Source: an uncultured delta proteobacterium (GTDB taxonomy: Bacteria; Desulfobacterota; RBG-13-43-22). Taken from it: a DNA stretch of 64,000 nucleotides. Positions 27,429 to 39,414 of the stretch are shown piece after piece. Below the pieces are notes generated by a model that was given only the letters and a program-made list of their open reading frames with translations, ran no database searches and was not told the DNA's origin. The stretch is from the NCBI GenBank assembly GCA_963790475.1, contig CAWBOS010000012.1, positions 448,001-512,000 on the forward strand, written 5' to 3'. Each line of letters opens with the position of its first letter. Position 1 is the first letter of the stretch. A program made the position numbers and the translations under genes.

Positions 27429-29846
27429 TCATTTCTCACGCAAAGTGGCTCCGAATTTTTCCAGGACCCGTTTCAGCAGATTTTCCTGGATCGGATTAAC
27501 CAGTTCGTCAGAAAGTGTTTTCTCGGTAGAACGATAATGGATTCGAACGCCCAGATTCTTTTTTCCTTCAGGAATCGGCTTTCCGGAATAAAAATCAAAG
27601 AGTTCGATTTCTTCGATCAGGGGTTCTTTTAGTGAAAGAATTTCATCCCGGATCTCTTTCCAGAGGATATGGTTATCCAGGATCAGGGCCATATCCCGGT
27701 AGATTTCCGGAAACCTGGGCCAGGGTTTAAACTGAGGAACGTCGGTGACTTCCAGGCTAAGCCGATCCACATCCAAATCTAATAAGTAAGCGGTTTCTTT
27801 TAAGTCAAATTGAGATTGGACCTGCGGTGAAATTTCACCCATTTCCCCCAAGAGGTTATCCGAACTGTAGCATTGGATGTATTGGCCGGGAACGAAATAG
27901 GTTGGAACTTTGCCCTCACGGATTGAAAATTCCTTGATTTTCAAGGAGTCGGCCAGGTTTTCCAAAACCCCTTTTAAATCATAAAAATCCACACGTTCAC
28001 TTTTGAAATAATGGGATTCGGGATGCCTTCTCCCGGTCCACAACACGGATAATCGGTTCGTTTCTTCGGGTAACTTTTTCGGGTCGGCCGCCGCGATAAA
28101 TACATTCCCCAATTCAAAAAGACGAAGGTTCAGATTTCGTTGGGCCCAATTCTTGTTCATGGTCATCAGCAATCCGGGGATAAGGCTGGTTCGCATGACC
28201 GACTGATCTTCGGAAATCGGATTTTTTATCCGGACAAAAGAAATGGCCTTGGAATGCTTTGGATCCCGGAAAGTAGAACAAAACTCTTCGGAAATAAAGC
28301 TATAGGTGATAATTTCATCAAACCCGAGACCGGTTAATATCTCCCGGATTCGCCTGCGGAGCGGAATAGTTTTGTGTTCCTTCCGGCTGGAGGAGGATAT
28401 ATTGGGAATAGTCGCCGGAATCCGGTCGTAGCCGATCAGGCGGGCCACTTCTTCCATCAGATCGACCGGGCGGGTCAGATCTCGGCGGAAGGAGGGAGGT
28501 ATGATCTCAACCCGGTCTTTTTCTTTATTGACCACGGTCAGGCCCAATCGGCGGCTGATATCGACAACCTGATCTGACGACACTTCAATCCCTAAAAACC
28601 GTCCGGTCTTTCGGGTATCGAGATGGATCGGCGAAATGATCAGGGGTTGGGGATACTCATCGATCCAACCGGGCACGATCTCTCCCCCGGCTAATTCCTG
28701 GATCAATAACGAGGCCCGGTCTGCGGCCTTGATAACTCCTTCGATATCCACTCCTCGTTCAAAGCGGATGGAAGCCTCGGAGGATAAAGCCAGTTTTTTA
28801 GCGGTCCGGCGGATACAGCGGGGTTCGAAATAAGCGCTTTCCAGAAGGATATTTTTAGTCGTAGATTGAATCTCAGTATTCAGTCCCCCCATGATCCCGG
28901 CGATAGCCACCCCTCTTTCCCCGTCGGCAATAATCAACATGTCCGGGGTCAGATTTCGCTCCTGGCCGTCCAGGGTGGTGAGCCGTTCCTGAGGTTCGGC
29001 CGTGCGTACCACAATCCGTCTCCCGGAAAGGGTGTCAAAATCAAAGGAATGCAGGGGCTGGCCATATTCCATCAAAACAAAGTTGGTGACATCCACCACA
29101 TTATTGATGCTTCGAATTCCCACCGAAAGAAGCCGGTTACGAAGCCAGGCCGGGGAAGGGCCTATGGTAACTCCCCGGATCAAACGGGCGGCGTAGCGGG
29201 GACAAAAGTCCGGCGCCAGAATCGATACGGAAGTCTCTTCCTCAATGGTCTTCCCCACCGGGGCTGCAGAAGTATCCGGAACCTTCAACGGGCGATCGAA
29301 AATAGCCGAGATCTCCCGGGCGATACCGATATGACTCAGGCAATCTCCCCGGTTGGGAGTTACATTGATTTCCAGCAAGGTGTCTTCCAGGCTCAGGGCT
29401 TGGCTTAGGGAAAGTCCTACGGGAATCCCCTCCGGCAGGATCATAATCCCCGAATGATCTTCGGATAAGCCCATTTCCTTTTCGGAGCAGAGCATTCCCG
29501 GCGACACGAGACCGCGTATGGTAGCCACCTGGACTTCCATCCCGGAAGGGAGACGGGTTCCGGGCAAGGCTACCGGTACCAGTAATTCAGGTCGCACATT
29601 GGGGGCCCCGCAAACCAGGTCGAGGCATTCCTGGCCGATGTCCACCTTGCAAATGGTCAGACGGTCCGCCTGAGGATGTTTCCGCACCTCCTGGATCTTC
29701 CCCACCACCAGGGGTTCCAATTCCCGCCCGATGGGAAGGACCGCTTCCACCTCCAGACCGGCCATTGTCAGACCCTCGGCCAGGTCCTCGACGGGAAGGC
29801 CTGTCAAATCCACATATTCAGTTAGCCAGTTTATAGTGACTTTCAT
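27429..29846 (-). CDS. pheT: phenylalanine-tRNA ligase beta subunit
   Basis: HPQADRL, VCGAPNV, TPNRGDCLS, INNVVDVTNFV, RFERGVD, DLMEEVAR, FDX-ACB tail. Confidence 0.98.
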   Translation of the reverse strand: MKVTINWLTEYVDLTGLPVEDLAEGLTMAGLEVEAVLPIGRELEPLVVGKIQEVRKHPQADRLTICKVDIGQECLDLVCGAPNVRPELLVPVALPGTRLPSGMEVQVATIRGLVSPGMLCSEKEMGLSEDHSGIMILPEGIPVGLSLSQALSLEDTLLEINVTPNRGDCLSHIGIAREISAIFDRPLKVPDTSAAPVGKTIEEETSVSILAPDFCPRYAARLIRGVTIGPSPAWLRNRLLSVGIRSINNVVDVTNFVLMEYGQPLHSFDFDTLSGRRIVVRTAEPQERLTTLDGQERNLTPDMLIIADGERGVAIAGIMGGLNTEIQSTTKNILLESAYFEPRCIRRTAKKLALSSEASIRFERGVDIEGVIKAADRASLLIQELAGGEIVPGWIDEYPQPLIISPIHLDTRKTGRFLGIEVSSDQVVDISRRLGLTVVNKEKDRVEIIPPSFRRDLTRPVDLMEEVARLIGYDRIPATIPNISSSSRKEHKTIPLRRRIREILTGLGFDEIITYSFISEEFCSTFRDPKHSKAISFVRIKNPISEDQSVMRTSLIPGLLMTMNKNWAQRNLNLRLFELGNVFIAAADPKKLPEETNRLSVLWTGRRHPESHYFKSERVDFYDLKGVLENLADSLKIKEFSIREGKVPTYFVPGQYIQCYSSDNLLGEMGEISPQVQSQFDLKETAYLLDLDVDRLSLEVTDVPQFKPWPRFPEIYRDMALILDNHILWKEIRDEILSLKEPLIEEIELFDFYSGKPIPEGKKNLGVRIHYRSTEKTLSDELVNPIQENLLKRVLEKFGATLREK

Positions 29847-30853
29847 CAGAATTGTCTTAAAAATCTTTGATCGTTTTCGAAAAACATCCGGATGTCATCA
29901 ATTCCATACCTGAGCATGGCGATTCGTTCCACACCCATGCCAAACGCAAATCCGGTCACATGATCGGGATCATATCCGACCATCCGGTAGACCTCGGGAT
30001 CGATCATTCCTGAGCCCAGAATCTCTATCCAGCCGGTTTGGGAGCACAGTCGGCAGCCCGATCCCTCGCAAATCACACAGCCCATGTCCACTTCGGCGCT
30101 GGGTTCGGTAAAAGGGAAAAAACTGGGACGGAAGCGAAGCGGGGTGTCTTCCCCGAACATCTGATGAATGAAAAAGGTCAGGATCCCTTTCAGGTCCCCA
30201 AAACTGATATCTTCTCCGACCATGAACCCCTCCACCTGATGAAACATAGGGGAATGGGAGATATCCGAATCACGGCGGAAGACCTTTCCCGGAGAGATGA
30301 CCTGCAGGGGAGGGGCATTTTTTTCCATAACCCGAATTTGTAAAGGTGAAGTTTGGGTTCGGAGCAAAAGGGTATCTGATATATAGAAGGTGTCCTGCAT
30401 GTCTCGGGCGGGATGGTCCGCAGGCATATTCAGGGCCTCAAAGTTATAATAATCCAGTTCGACTTCCGGTCCTTCAACCGTTTCAAAATTCAAGCGGGAG
30501 AAGATATCACAGATCTTATCCATAGTTTGGGTAATAGGGTGCTGCCGTCCCTGAAAGATTTTTCTTCCGGGAAGACTCCAGTCAAACCGGGTTTGAACCG
30601 TTTTACCTTTTCCGGAAAAGGCCTCCTTTTTCTGTTTAAAAAGCCCTTCCAATATCCCTTTGAGACGATTGGCCTCCTGACCGACCAGGGGCCTCTCCTC
30701 AGGCGGAACGGTCGAGACTTCCCGTAAACACTGCGTCAATTCCCCTTTTCTTCCCAGGAACCGGATCTGCAAGGCCTCCAGATCGGCAATGGAGACAGCC
30801 CGGTCCACTTCTTCCCGGACTTGGGTTTCCAGTTTTTTTAATTTGGATAACAT
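29846..30853 (-). CDS. pheS: phenylalanine-tRNA ligase alpha subunit
   Basis: HPARDMQDTFY, HSPMFHQVEG, FFPFTEPSAE, GFAFGMGVER. Confidence 0.98.
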   Translation of the reverse strand: MLSKLKKLETQVREEVDRAVSIADLEALQIRFLGRKGELTQCLREVSTVPPEERPLVGQEANRLKGILEGLFKQKKEAFSGKGKTVQTRFDWSLPGRKIFQGRQHPITQTMDKICDIFSRLNFETVEGPEVELDYYNFEALNMPADHPARDMQDTFYISDTLLLRTQTSPLQIRVMEKNAPPLQVISPGKVFRRDSDISHSPMFHQVEGFMVGEDISFGDLKGILTFFIHQMFGEDTPLRFRPSFFPFTEPSAEVDMGCVICEGSGCRLCSQTGWIEILGSGMIDPEVYRMVGYDPDHVTGFAFGMGVERIAMLRYGIDDIRMFFENDQRFLRQF

Positions 30854-30909
30854 GGCAATTATCTTAATTCAGGTGGCGGTTAGGGTTGGACCCGAAGAGA
30901 GATCAATCC

Positions 30910-31260
30910 TTAAGATTGGGAAACCATCTTAACCAGAGAGGTAAACCTTTCCGGATCTCGAGCGGCCATTTCGGATAGCACTTTGCGGTCTAAGCCGATG
31001 TCGGCCTTTTTCAAGGCTCCCATAAATCGGCTGTAAGAAATGCCGTTATTCTTAGCGGCGGCACTGATCCGCACAATCCATAATCCTCTAAATTCTCTTT
31101 TGCGGACCCGCCGGTCCCGATAGGCATATTTAAGCGACCGGTCCACGGCCTCGGTCGCGGTCTTGAACAATCGGCTTCGCGCACCACGAAATCCTTTGGC
31201 CAGCTTTAAAACTTTATTTCTTCTCCGCCGGGCTTTGAAGCCTCTTTTTACTCTGGGCAT
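30910..31260 (-). CDS. rplT: 50S ribosomal protein L20
   Basis: [27 protein letters not shown]. Confidence 0.98.
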   Translation of the reverse strand: MPRVKRGFKARRRRNKVLKLAKGFRGARSRLFKTATEAVDRSLKYAYRDRRVRKREFRGLWIVRISAAAKNNGISYSRFMGALKKADIGLDRKVLSEMAARDPERFTSLVKMVSQS

Positions 31261-31291
31261 GACTAATCACCTCGTTTTTCTGAAAACATTC

Positions 31292-31489
31292 TTAACTATA
31301 GGGCAGCATCCTCTTGATAGCCCGCATGTTGGCTGGTTCCACCACAGCCGATTTTCTTAGACTTCTTTTTCGTTTGGTGGTCTTACTGGTTAAAATATGA
31401 CTGCCGAAGGCTTTGGAACGGATAACTTTCCCGCTTCCTGTGGTTTTAAACCGTTTGGCAGCCCCACGTTTGGTTTTCATTTTCGGCAT
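31292..31489 (-). CDS. rpmI: 50S ribosomal protein L35
   Basis: [21 protein letters not shown]; TAAGGA RBS. Confidence 0.97.
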   Translation of the reverse strand: MPKMKTKRGAAKRFKTTGSGKVIRSKAFGSHILTSKTTKRKRSLRKSAVVEPANMRAIKRMLPYS

Positions 31490-31576
31490 ATGAATACACT
31501 CCTTATTCCTTATTAACAACTTGGACCTTAATTGGGCCCTCTCTTCTTTTTTCGATTATTCAAATATAAACGATGG

Positions 31577-31657
31577 TTATAGGCAATAGGCTATAGGAGA
31601 GAAAAAACCTCTTTCGGTTTTTCCCTATCACCTCTGGCCCCTTGCCTCTCGCCTGCT
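31577..31657. repeat. inverted heptamer repeat block between infC and rpmI
   Basis: TATAGGC AATAGGC TATAGG ... CCTATCA CCTCTGG CCCCTTG CCTCTCG CCT. Confidence 0.7.
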
Positions 31658-31661
31658 TTTA

Positions 31662-32168
31662 TTATTTCGACCCCAGGATCATAGTCATGTTCCGGCCTTC
31701 CAGCTTGGGTTCCTGTTCCACTGTAGCCAGGTCTTTGGTTTCTTCGATGATCCTTTTCAAGATATTCCGGGCTGCTTCCTGATACTGTATCTCCCGGCCT
31801 CGAAACATTAGAGATATTTTGGTTTTATTTTTTTTCTCTAGAAATTTTCGAATATTATTCAACTTGAACTGAAGATCGTGTTCCTCGGTTTTGGGTCGAA
31901 GTTTAACTTCTTTGACCTGGATGATCGTCCGGCGTTTTTTGGCTTCATGAATTTTTTTGGTCTGCTGGTATCTGAACTTACCATAATCCATAATCCGGCA
32001 GACAGGAGGATCCAATTGGGGAGCAACTTCAACTAAATCCAATCCTTGTTCTCTGGCCATAGTCAGGGCCTGATTTAGGGGTAAGATGCCCAACTGAACA
32101 CCGCCATCTCCAATAACCCTGACATTAGCGGCCCTGATCTCTTCGTTAACACTAACCGACTTGGCTAT
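31662..32168 (-). CDS. infC: translation initiation factor IF-3, probable ATA start
   Basis: NEEIRAANVRVIG, LDLVEVAP...PPVCRIMDYGKF, KEVKLRPKTEEHD, FRGRE; AGGAGGTGA lies 5 nt before ATA 32168. Confidence 0.96.
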   Translation of the reverse strand: MAKSVSVNEEIRAANVRVIGDGGVQLGILPLNQALTMAREQGLDLVEVAPQLDPPVCRIMDYGKFRYQQTKKIHEAKKRRTIIQVKEVKLRPKTEEHDLQFKLNNIRKFLEKKNKTKISLMFRGREIQYQEAARNILKRIIEETKDLATVEQEPKLEGRNMTMILGSK

Positions 32169-32251
32169 AACCATCACCTCCTAGTTAAATTTTTGATTGC
32201 TAATTGCGGAATATGTGATTTGACTTTTTGGTTTCTTAAGGTCTTTCATTA

Positions 32252-34192
32252 TTATTGTTTCCCCGGCACCGACTCTTCTCGAATCCTATCAATGAACTCC
32301 GCTACAGTCCAATTTCCCAGATTTTCTCCGCTGCGTGCTCTTGGGCTTATGCAGCCTCGCTCTTCCTCCTTGTCCCCAATAACGATCATATACGGGATCT
32401 TTTGCAGTTGGGCTTCACGGATTTTGAGCCCCAATTTCTCATTGCGGATATCCAATTCGGCCCGAATGCCGGCCGCAAATAAATCTTGAAACACCTTTTG
32501 GGAATAAGAGGCGTTGCGATCGGTAACCGACACTATAACAGCTTGAACCGGAGCCAGCCAGGTGGGGAAAGCCCCGGCAAAATGTTCGATCAATAAGGCC
32601 AGGAACCGCTCATAGGACCCCAGAATGGCCCGGTGCACCATGACCGGTGGTACGGCTTTGCCCTCTTCATTAATATAGGTGAGGTCAAAGCGTTTGGGGG
32701 TGGCAAAATCCAGTTGCACCGTGGGGATCTGCACTTCCCGGCCCATGGCGTCCTTGAACATAAAGTCCAGTTTGGGGCCATAGAGGGCCGCTTCCCCTTC
32801 ACGGCGCTTGGCCTTAAGCCCCATCTCATCGGAAATCTCGGCCAGCATGGCTTCGCAGATATCCCAGTCTCCAGGATCACCAATATATTTATCCGGGCTG
32901 CCATAATCACGAACCGAAAGGGACACCCAGTGGCCACCCCACATGCCGAGATCCGAGTAAAAATCCCTGATGATTTGCACCATGTTCATGGCTTCCTGTT
33001 TCACCTGGTCGATACGGCAGAAGGAGTGACCGTCCTCAACGGTGATGGCGTAAACCCGGGTCAATCCGCCGAGTTCTCCGGTTTTTTCCGCCCGGTACTG
33101 CTTTTCCGACTCCATGTACCGGATGGGCAAGTCCCGGTAGGACCGGAGCCGGGAGGCATAGATCTGGGTCTGGTGGGGGCACTGGACCGGTTTCATCACA
33201 AAGGCGTGCTCTTTGGCGGAAGTAACGTGAAAAAGCTCATCCCCGAACTTGGTGGCATGGCCCGATAACTGATACAATTCGATTTTGGCCAGATGGGGGG
33301 TCATGACTTTCTGAAACCCGTATTGCCTGCAAATCGATTCCACCCGTTTTTTCAACTCTTCAATGATGACGGTGCCCTTGGGAGTGAAGAGGGGCAAACC
33401 CGGCCCGACCTTTTCCGAAAATACAAACAGGTCCAGACTCTTGCCCAGTTTGCGATGGTTTCGTTTTTCAGCCTCGGCCCGCTGGGCGAGAAAGGTTTCC
33501 AGCCCCTCTTTGGTTTCAAAGGCCGTCCCGTAGATCCGCTGCAACATGGGCCGTTTTTCATCCCCCCGCCAATAAGCCCCGGCCACATGGGTCAGTCTAA
33601 AAAAACGGCTCTTATTGGTGGAGGTTAGATGTGGCCCGCGGCACATATCCACAAAATTCCCCTGTCGATAAAGGGAAACCGTGGGCTCGGTCAGTTCTTC
33701 CAGCATCTCAACCTTGAAGGATTCCCCCAAGGATGAAAAAAGCCGGATGGCCTCTTCCCGGGGAAGTTCTTCCCGGACAATAGGAATATTCCCCTGGCTT
33801 AGAGCGCGCATTTTCGCTTCGACACGGGGAAGGTCTTCGGGAGTAAAAGGGTCTTTTTTTGAAAAATCGTAATAAAATCCATTTTCAATGGCCGGCCCGA
33901 TGGCCAGCTTGACTTCCGGAAATAATTCCTTGACGGCCTGGGCCATCAAGTGAGCTGTGGAATGACGTAGAATCTCCAACCCTTCGGGATCATTCTCGAA
34001 AACCGGCTCTAATCTTCCTTCCCCGGATAAAGTCCTGGTTAAGCCGATTAATTCCCCATCCAGACGGCCGGCCACAATCTTTTTCAGAGACCCCTGTCCC
34101 CCTTTTTTTAAAGCTTCCAGGACTGTGGTATCTTTGGGAAAGTCCAGTGAATTCCCGCCGGGGAAATTTATATGAATTTCTTCTGGTTGCAT
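32252..34192 (-). CDS. thrS: threonine-tRNA ligase with atypical catalytic core
   Basis: TGS domain, RHSTAHLMAQAV, DMCRGPH, LQRIYGTAF, YGPKLD, VHRAILGSYERF, anticodon-binding domain; start at ATG 34192. Confidence 0.96.
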   Translation of the reverse strand: MQPEEIHINFPGGNSLDFPKDTTVLEALKKGGQGSLKKIVAGRLDGELIGLTRTLSGEGRLEPVFENDPEGLEILRHSTAHLMAQAVKELFPEVKLAIGPAIENGFYYDFSKKDPFTPEDLPRVEAKMRALSQGNIPIVREELPREEAIRLFSSLGESFKVEMLEELTEPTVSLYRQGNFVDMCRGPHLTSTNKSRFFRLTHVAGAYWRGDEKRPMLQRIYGTAFETKEGLETFLAQRAEAEKRNHRKLGKSLDLFVFSEKVGPGLPLFTPKGTVIIEELKKRVESICRQYGFQKVMTPHLAKIELYQLSGHATKFGDELFHVTSAKEHAFVMKPVQCPHQTQIYASRLRSYRDLPIRYMESEKQYRAEKTGELGGLTRVYAITVEDGHSFCRIDQVKQEAMNMVQIIRDFYSDLGMWGGHWVSLSVRDYGSPDKYIGDPGDWDICEAMLAEISDEMGLKAKRREGEAALYGPKLDFMFKDAMGREVQIPTVQLDFATPKRFDLTYINEEGKAVPPVMVHRAILGSYERFLALLIEHFAGAFPTWLAPVQAVIVSVTDRNASYSQKVFQDLFAAGIRAELDIRNEKLGLKIREAQLQKIPYMIVIGDKEEERGCISPRARSGENLGNWTVAEFIDRIREESVPGKQ

Positions 34193-34292
34193 GTATTGAG
34201 CGATCAAACACTGATAAAATACTAAAGAACAAACTTTATTTATACTAATTTTACGCTGTAATGTCAAATAAATATTAGAAATTAAAAACGAT

Positions 34293-34574
34293 CTAATTAT
34301 AACGAATCTGGAAGTCATCAAAGGCGCCGGAAAAAGGTCCGGGGGAGACCTCCACCTTTTCCACTCGTGAAGAAGGGGATCCACGCCGGCACCAGGCTAC
34401 CATTTGATCGACCTTGTCCTTCTCTCCTTCAAATAAGGCCTCCACGGTCCCGTCCCGCCGATTCCGCACCCAGCCGGTCAGTCCCAGGGATTTGGCCTGA
34501 TCCCGGGTAAAGGCCCGGAAATAAACCCCTTGAACCCAGCCATGAATGACCACCCGGGCTGATGTTTTTTCCAT
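34293..34574 (-). CDS. acyP: acylphosphatase
   Basis: GWVQGVYFR, GLTGWVRNRRDGTVE. Confidence 0.95.
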   Translation of the reverse strand: MEKTSARVVIHGWVQGVYFRAFTRDQAKSLGLTGWVRNRRDGTVEALFEGEKDKVDQMVAWCRRGSPSSRVEKVEVSPGPFSGAFDDFQIRYN

Positions 34575-34589
34575 AAAGTTCCCTTAAAG

Positions 34590-36614
<2,025 letters not shown>

Positions 36615-36875
36615 TTATGGGTTCCTGAGTACCTCATCATGGTCTCCGATGACACGTAACACGATGGAATTCTTATCATACTGCCAGGTCATACGGACTG
36701 CCATATTTATAGTACATTCGAATATATTATCGGTGCCTTGAACCTTCTTTGTTCTCGAGGAAGGATGATGAGGATTTTTAATCATCAATAAGAATTTTTT
36801 ATGGAGGGTTTTTTTTTCTTCCTTGGAGAGCTGGTTATAGGATTTCTTAAACCTATCGGTAAAAATGAATTCCAT
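36615..36875 (-). CDS. RelE/ParE-superfamily toxin
   Basis: FTDRFKKSYNQL...NPHHPS..TKKVQG...RVIGDHD; follows an AbrB-type gene. Confidence 0.78.
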   Translation of the reverse strand: MEFIFTDRFKKSYNQLSKEEKKTLHKKFLLMIKNPHHPSSRTKKVQGTDNIFECTINMAVRMTWQYDKNSIVLRVIGDHDEVLRNP

Positions 36876-36878
36876 AGA

Positions 36879-37148
36879 TCATAAATCCAGTTTTTCAATC
36901 AGTTCTTTTACGTTCTTTGCTTTGTGAACCCTGCCTTTCTTGATATCTCCATCGGCTTCCTTTTCCAGTTCCTGCCATTTCTTCGACCAAAACCAGGACT
37001 GCGACCGGTCAATCACCAGAACCGGTTTTATAATGATCCTATCTTCTTCCATGGCAATGTCCAGATTATCGCCCTCCTGCAGCTTCATTTTCTTGACGAC
37101 TTCACTGGGCAATGTTACCTGCGCCCGGCGTCTGAGCTGGGTAATCAT
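36879..37148 (-). CDS. AbrB/MazE-family antitoxin
   Basis: QVTLPSEVVKKMKLQEGDNLDI...QSWFWSKKWQELEKEAD. Confidence 0.88.
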   Translation of the reverse strand: MITQLRRRAQVTLPSEVVKKMKLQEGDNLDIAMEEDRIIIKPVLVIDRSQSWFWSKKWQELEKEADGDIKKGRVHKAKNVKELIEKLDL

Positions 37149-37160
37149 AGAAAAATCTCC

Positions 37161-37187
37161 TAATCAGAAATTCGTATATTCTGATTA
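37161..37187. promoter_or_regulatory. putative antitoxin operator palindrome
   Basis: TAATCAGAA-9 nt-TTCTGATTA immediately upstream of the antitoxin RBS. Confidence 0.6.
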
Positions 37188-37195
37188 TATCACAG

Positions 37196-38263
37196 TTATA
37201 ATTTTTGTCCATCAAATTCTTCACTGAAGCGAAAGGCCCTGAGAAGTCCGAAACACCCGCTGAGCATCATATTACCGAAGGGGGCGGCCATGATAACCTG
37301 GGCTTGGGCCAGCAATCCCCTTCGCGGCCCGGTGACGATCAGCGGAGGGAACCGGCCTTCCCAAGGTGCGGTATTAAGGCAGCCGTGTCCCTGGTCTTGG
37401 AGGACCTGTTCATTGGTCAACTGCCCGGCAACAAATCCCTGTAGATCACTCAACAGTTTTTCCTGGTTCAGGAAAAAGGTATGATGTTCAAAAATACCTC
37501 TCAAACGGCCTTCTACCATCCAGGCGGCCAGAGTATGTTCGTTGCCGATATTGACGATGAGGACATGGGGGGAGTCCATATTTTTTGCCTGTTCATCTTC
37601 CAAGGCCCCCAGGATGGCTGCCGCCCCGGTATCCATGACCTGGGCTTGAGGCCAGGTCTCCTGAACGGCCTTCATCCGGGTCAAATGGGCCGGGATATCC
37701 TGATAAAGAAGGGTTTCCAATAGTTTTCCTGAGGCCAGAAAATCCTCCCATTGTTTAAAGCGAAACCGCCGGTTGCTTTCTCGGGGTGCAAAGCCGTGAT
37801 CCTGAACGGCTACCAGGCGGATCTCAGGTAAAGCCAGGACGAAAGATTCAAAAAGGCCGACAAGGGCTGCTTCTTGAATATCACCTAACTCGATTACCGT
37901 GGTCTCAGATGGTGCCGATTCGGTTATCAGGATCCCCATTTGGGCCACCTGATCGAGATCGTCCCGAATGGTCAGGGCCGCCTTTGATTGGGCATAAACC
38001 GGCAAACCCGCCGTCAGATGATCGCGGACCGCCTGGGAAGAGGACCCTCCACCCATCAGAGGGCCTGTCAAAAATATGGCCTTCCGATCCCGGGTGGCCC
38101 GGTTGATTTTCCGGGCAATCATAACCGTAGGCGAAGGGAGGATACACTGCAAGGCATTTTCCAAAGGCTCCCCTTCGGTCCATACCAGCAGGTCTTGTGT
38201 CCCCCCGCCGATATCCAAGGTCAGAATGCTTTGGCTGTTTTTTTTTATTGAAGGGTGGTGCAT
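37196..38263 (-). CDS. DUF1786 family protein
   Basis: LDIGGGTQD, LPSPT, MGGG, AVQDHG..P.ESNRRFRF, MDTGAAA, NIGNEHT, FEHHT. Confidence 0.85.
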   Translation of the reverse strand: MHHPSIKKNSQSILTLDIGGGTQDLLVWTEGEPLENALQCILPSPTVMIARKINRATRDRKAIFLTGPLMGGGSSSQAVRDHLTAGLPVYAQSKAALTIRDDLDQVAQMGILITESAPSETTVIELGDIQEAALVGLFESFVLALPEIRLVAVQDHGFAPRESNRRFRFKQWEDFLASGKLLETLLYQDIPAHLTRMKAVQETWPQAQVMDTGAAAILGALEDEQAKNMDSPHVLIVNIGNEHTLAAWMVEGRLRGIFEHHTFFLNQEKLLSDLQGFVAGQLTNEQVLQDQGHGCLNTAPWEGRFPPLIVTGPRRGLLAQAQVIMAAPFGNMMLSGCFGLLRAFRFSEEFDGQKL

Positions 38264-38493
38264 AGTTTTCCCTCAAGCGAAAAAGAACAATCTTCTTGCG
38301 CTTTCCCTCTCTTTAGTTCAATGTAAGTGTTGATGAACTTTCAGGTCTTATAAGGTCTGAGATTAAGATTTCCATAGTAGTCTTGATAGCCATATGGCCT
38401 TGACTCGATCCTTTGTTGCCCCTGCCTGTCAAGCGGCTTTGGGGGTTTTGCTCTAACGTCCTCCACTGGACAAACAACAGCCCTGTTGTACCT

Positions 38494-38886
38494 TTAAAAC
38501 CAGTCTTCCAGTTGAAGTCCCTTTATTCGCTTAAACTCTTTAATATTATGGGTTACCAAAGTCCCTTTATTCGACAAGGCAACGGCGGCAATTAAAATAT
38601 CATAAGGGCCGATCATTAGGCCCTTTTTTTCGAGTTCCACCCGACGGGAAGCCGCTATCCGAGCTTCTTTAACGCCAAAGGGAAGGATCTGGACAACGGA
38701 AGCCAATTCCAGGAGTTGTAATCTCCGTTTCTGAGGAGACACAGATTTGGCGATACCGACCTCCAATTCGAAAAGGACGATACTTGGAATGGCAATATCC
38801 GTGGGATTTTTAGCCAATAAATGTGTCGATACGCCCCCTGAACCTTTAAAAAAATAGATCAAGGTGTTGGTATCCAACACGTACAT
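38494..38886 (-). CDS. vapC: PIN-domain toxin (VapC family)
   Basis: YVLDTN, ELEVG, IGPYDILIAAVAL, LVTHNIKEFKRIKGLQLEDW. Confidence 0.93.
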   Translation of the reverse strand: MYVLDTNTLIYFFKGSGGVSTHLLAKNPTDIAIPSIVLFELEVGIAKSVSPQKRRLQLLELASVVQILPFGVKEARIAASRRVELEKKGLMIGPYDILIAAVALSNKGTLVTHNIKEFKRIKGLQLEDWF

Positions 38887-39116
38887 CAGACCGGCTCCCT
38901 TTTGATATCAGAAACCATATTCATACGGATTTCTTCGGCCAAAGGCAGATCCTTCCAGGCACCGGCCAATTTTTGTATATGAACCGGCCAAACATCGGCA
39001 GTTTTTTCCCGAATCAGGTCTGCAATCCATTTACTCTTGGATATCCCGTTTTTCTTGATGACGGTCTTCATTTTGGTCTCGGTGCGTTGATCCAGATAAA
39101 TGGTCACTTGTCCCAT
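38886..39116 (-). CDS. CopG/RHH-type antitoxin (VapB-like)
   Basis: MGQVTIYLD...ISKSKWIADLI...LAGAWKDLP; TGATG coupling to vapC. Confidence 0.85.
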   Translation of the reverse strand: MGQVTIYLDQRTETKMKTVIKKNGISKSKWIADLIREKTADVWPVHIQKLAGAWKDLPLAEEIRMNMVSDIKREPV

Positions 39117-39154
39117 TTTGGTCTCTCCCATAGGTAATAATTAAAAGCGAATAT

Positions 39155-39182
39155 AATTTAACATATATGTGGATAATGTCAA
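39155..39182 (-). promoter_or_regulatory. sigma-70 promoter of vapBC with palindrome in spacer
   Basis: Minus strand TTGACA-16 nt-TAAATT; ACATATATGT palindrome at 39161-39170. Confidence 0.5.
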
Positions 39183-39250
39183 TAAGAATTTAGAATCATC
39201 CATTAAAAGATACCACAACAGTCTTTAATCATTAGATTTGGAAGGGAAGG

Positions 39251-39340
39251 TTATTTTCTGCAAACAGCGATGCCGTGGATACGGAAGGGCTCGTAGATTA
39301 GCTGGATATTTTCCGGCGAGAAGCCGCCCTCAACCAATAC
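39251..39340 (-). pseudogene. 3'-end remnant of a paralogue of the 40641-41617 gene
   Basis: About 79 bp nearly identical to 40641-40719, encoding GGFSPENIQLIYEPFRIHGIAVCRK*. Confidence 0.8.
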
Positions 39341-39414
39341 TTGGTGAATAGGCTTTTGTTTTCGTAAGATTCATTGGAATCATAATAATACCACTTTTTT
39401 CTTTAAAATAAATT

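Noticed and set aside
34193-34292. T-box or other leader upstream of thrS
   Set aside because: Only 100 bp of AT-rich spacer, with no T-box consensus
38448-38493. Possible integron attC remnant after vapC (minus strand GTACAAC...GTTAGAG)
   Set aside because: Too short, imperfect R boxes, no L boxes, no integrase or second attC
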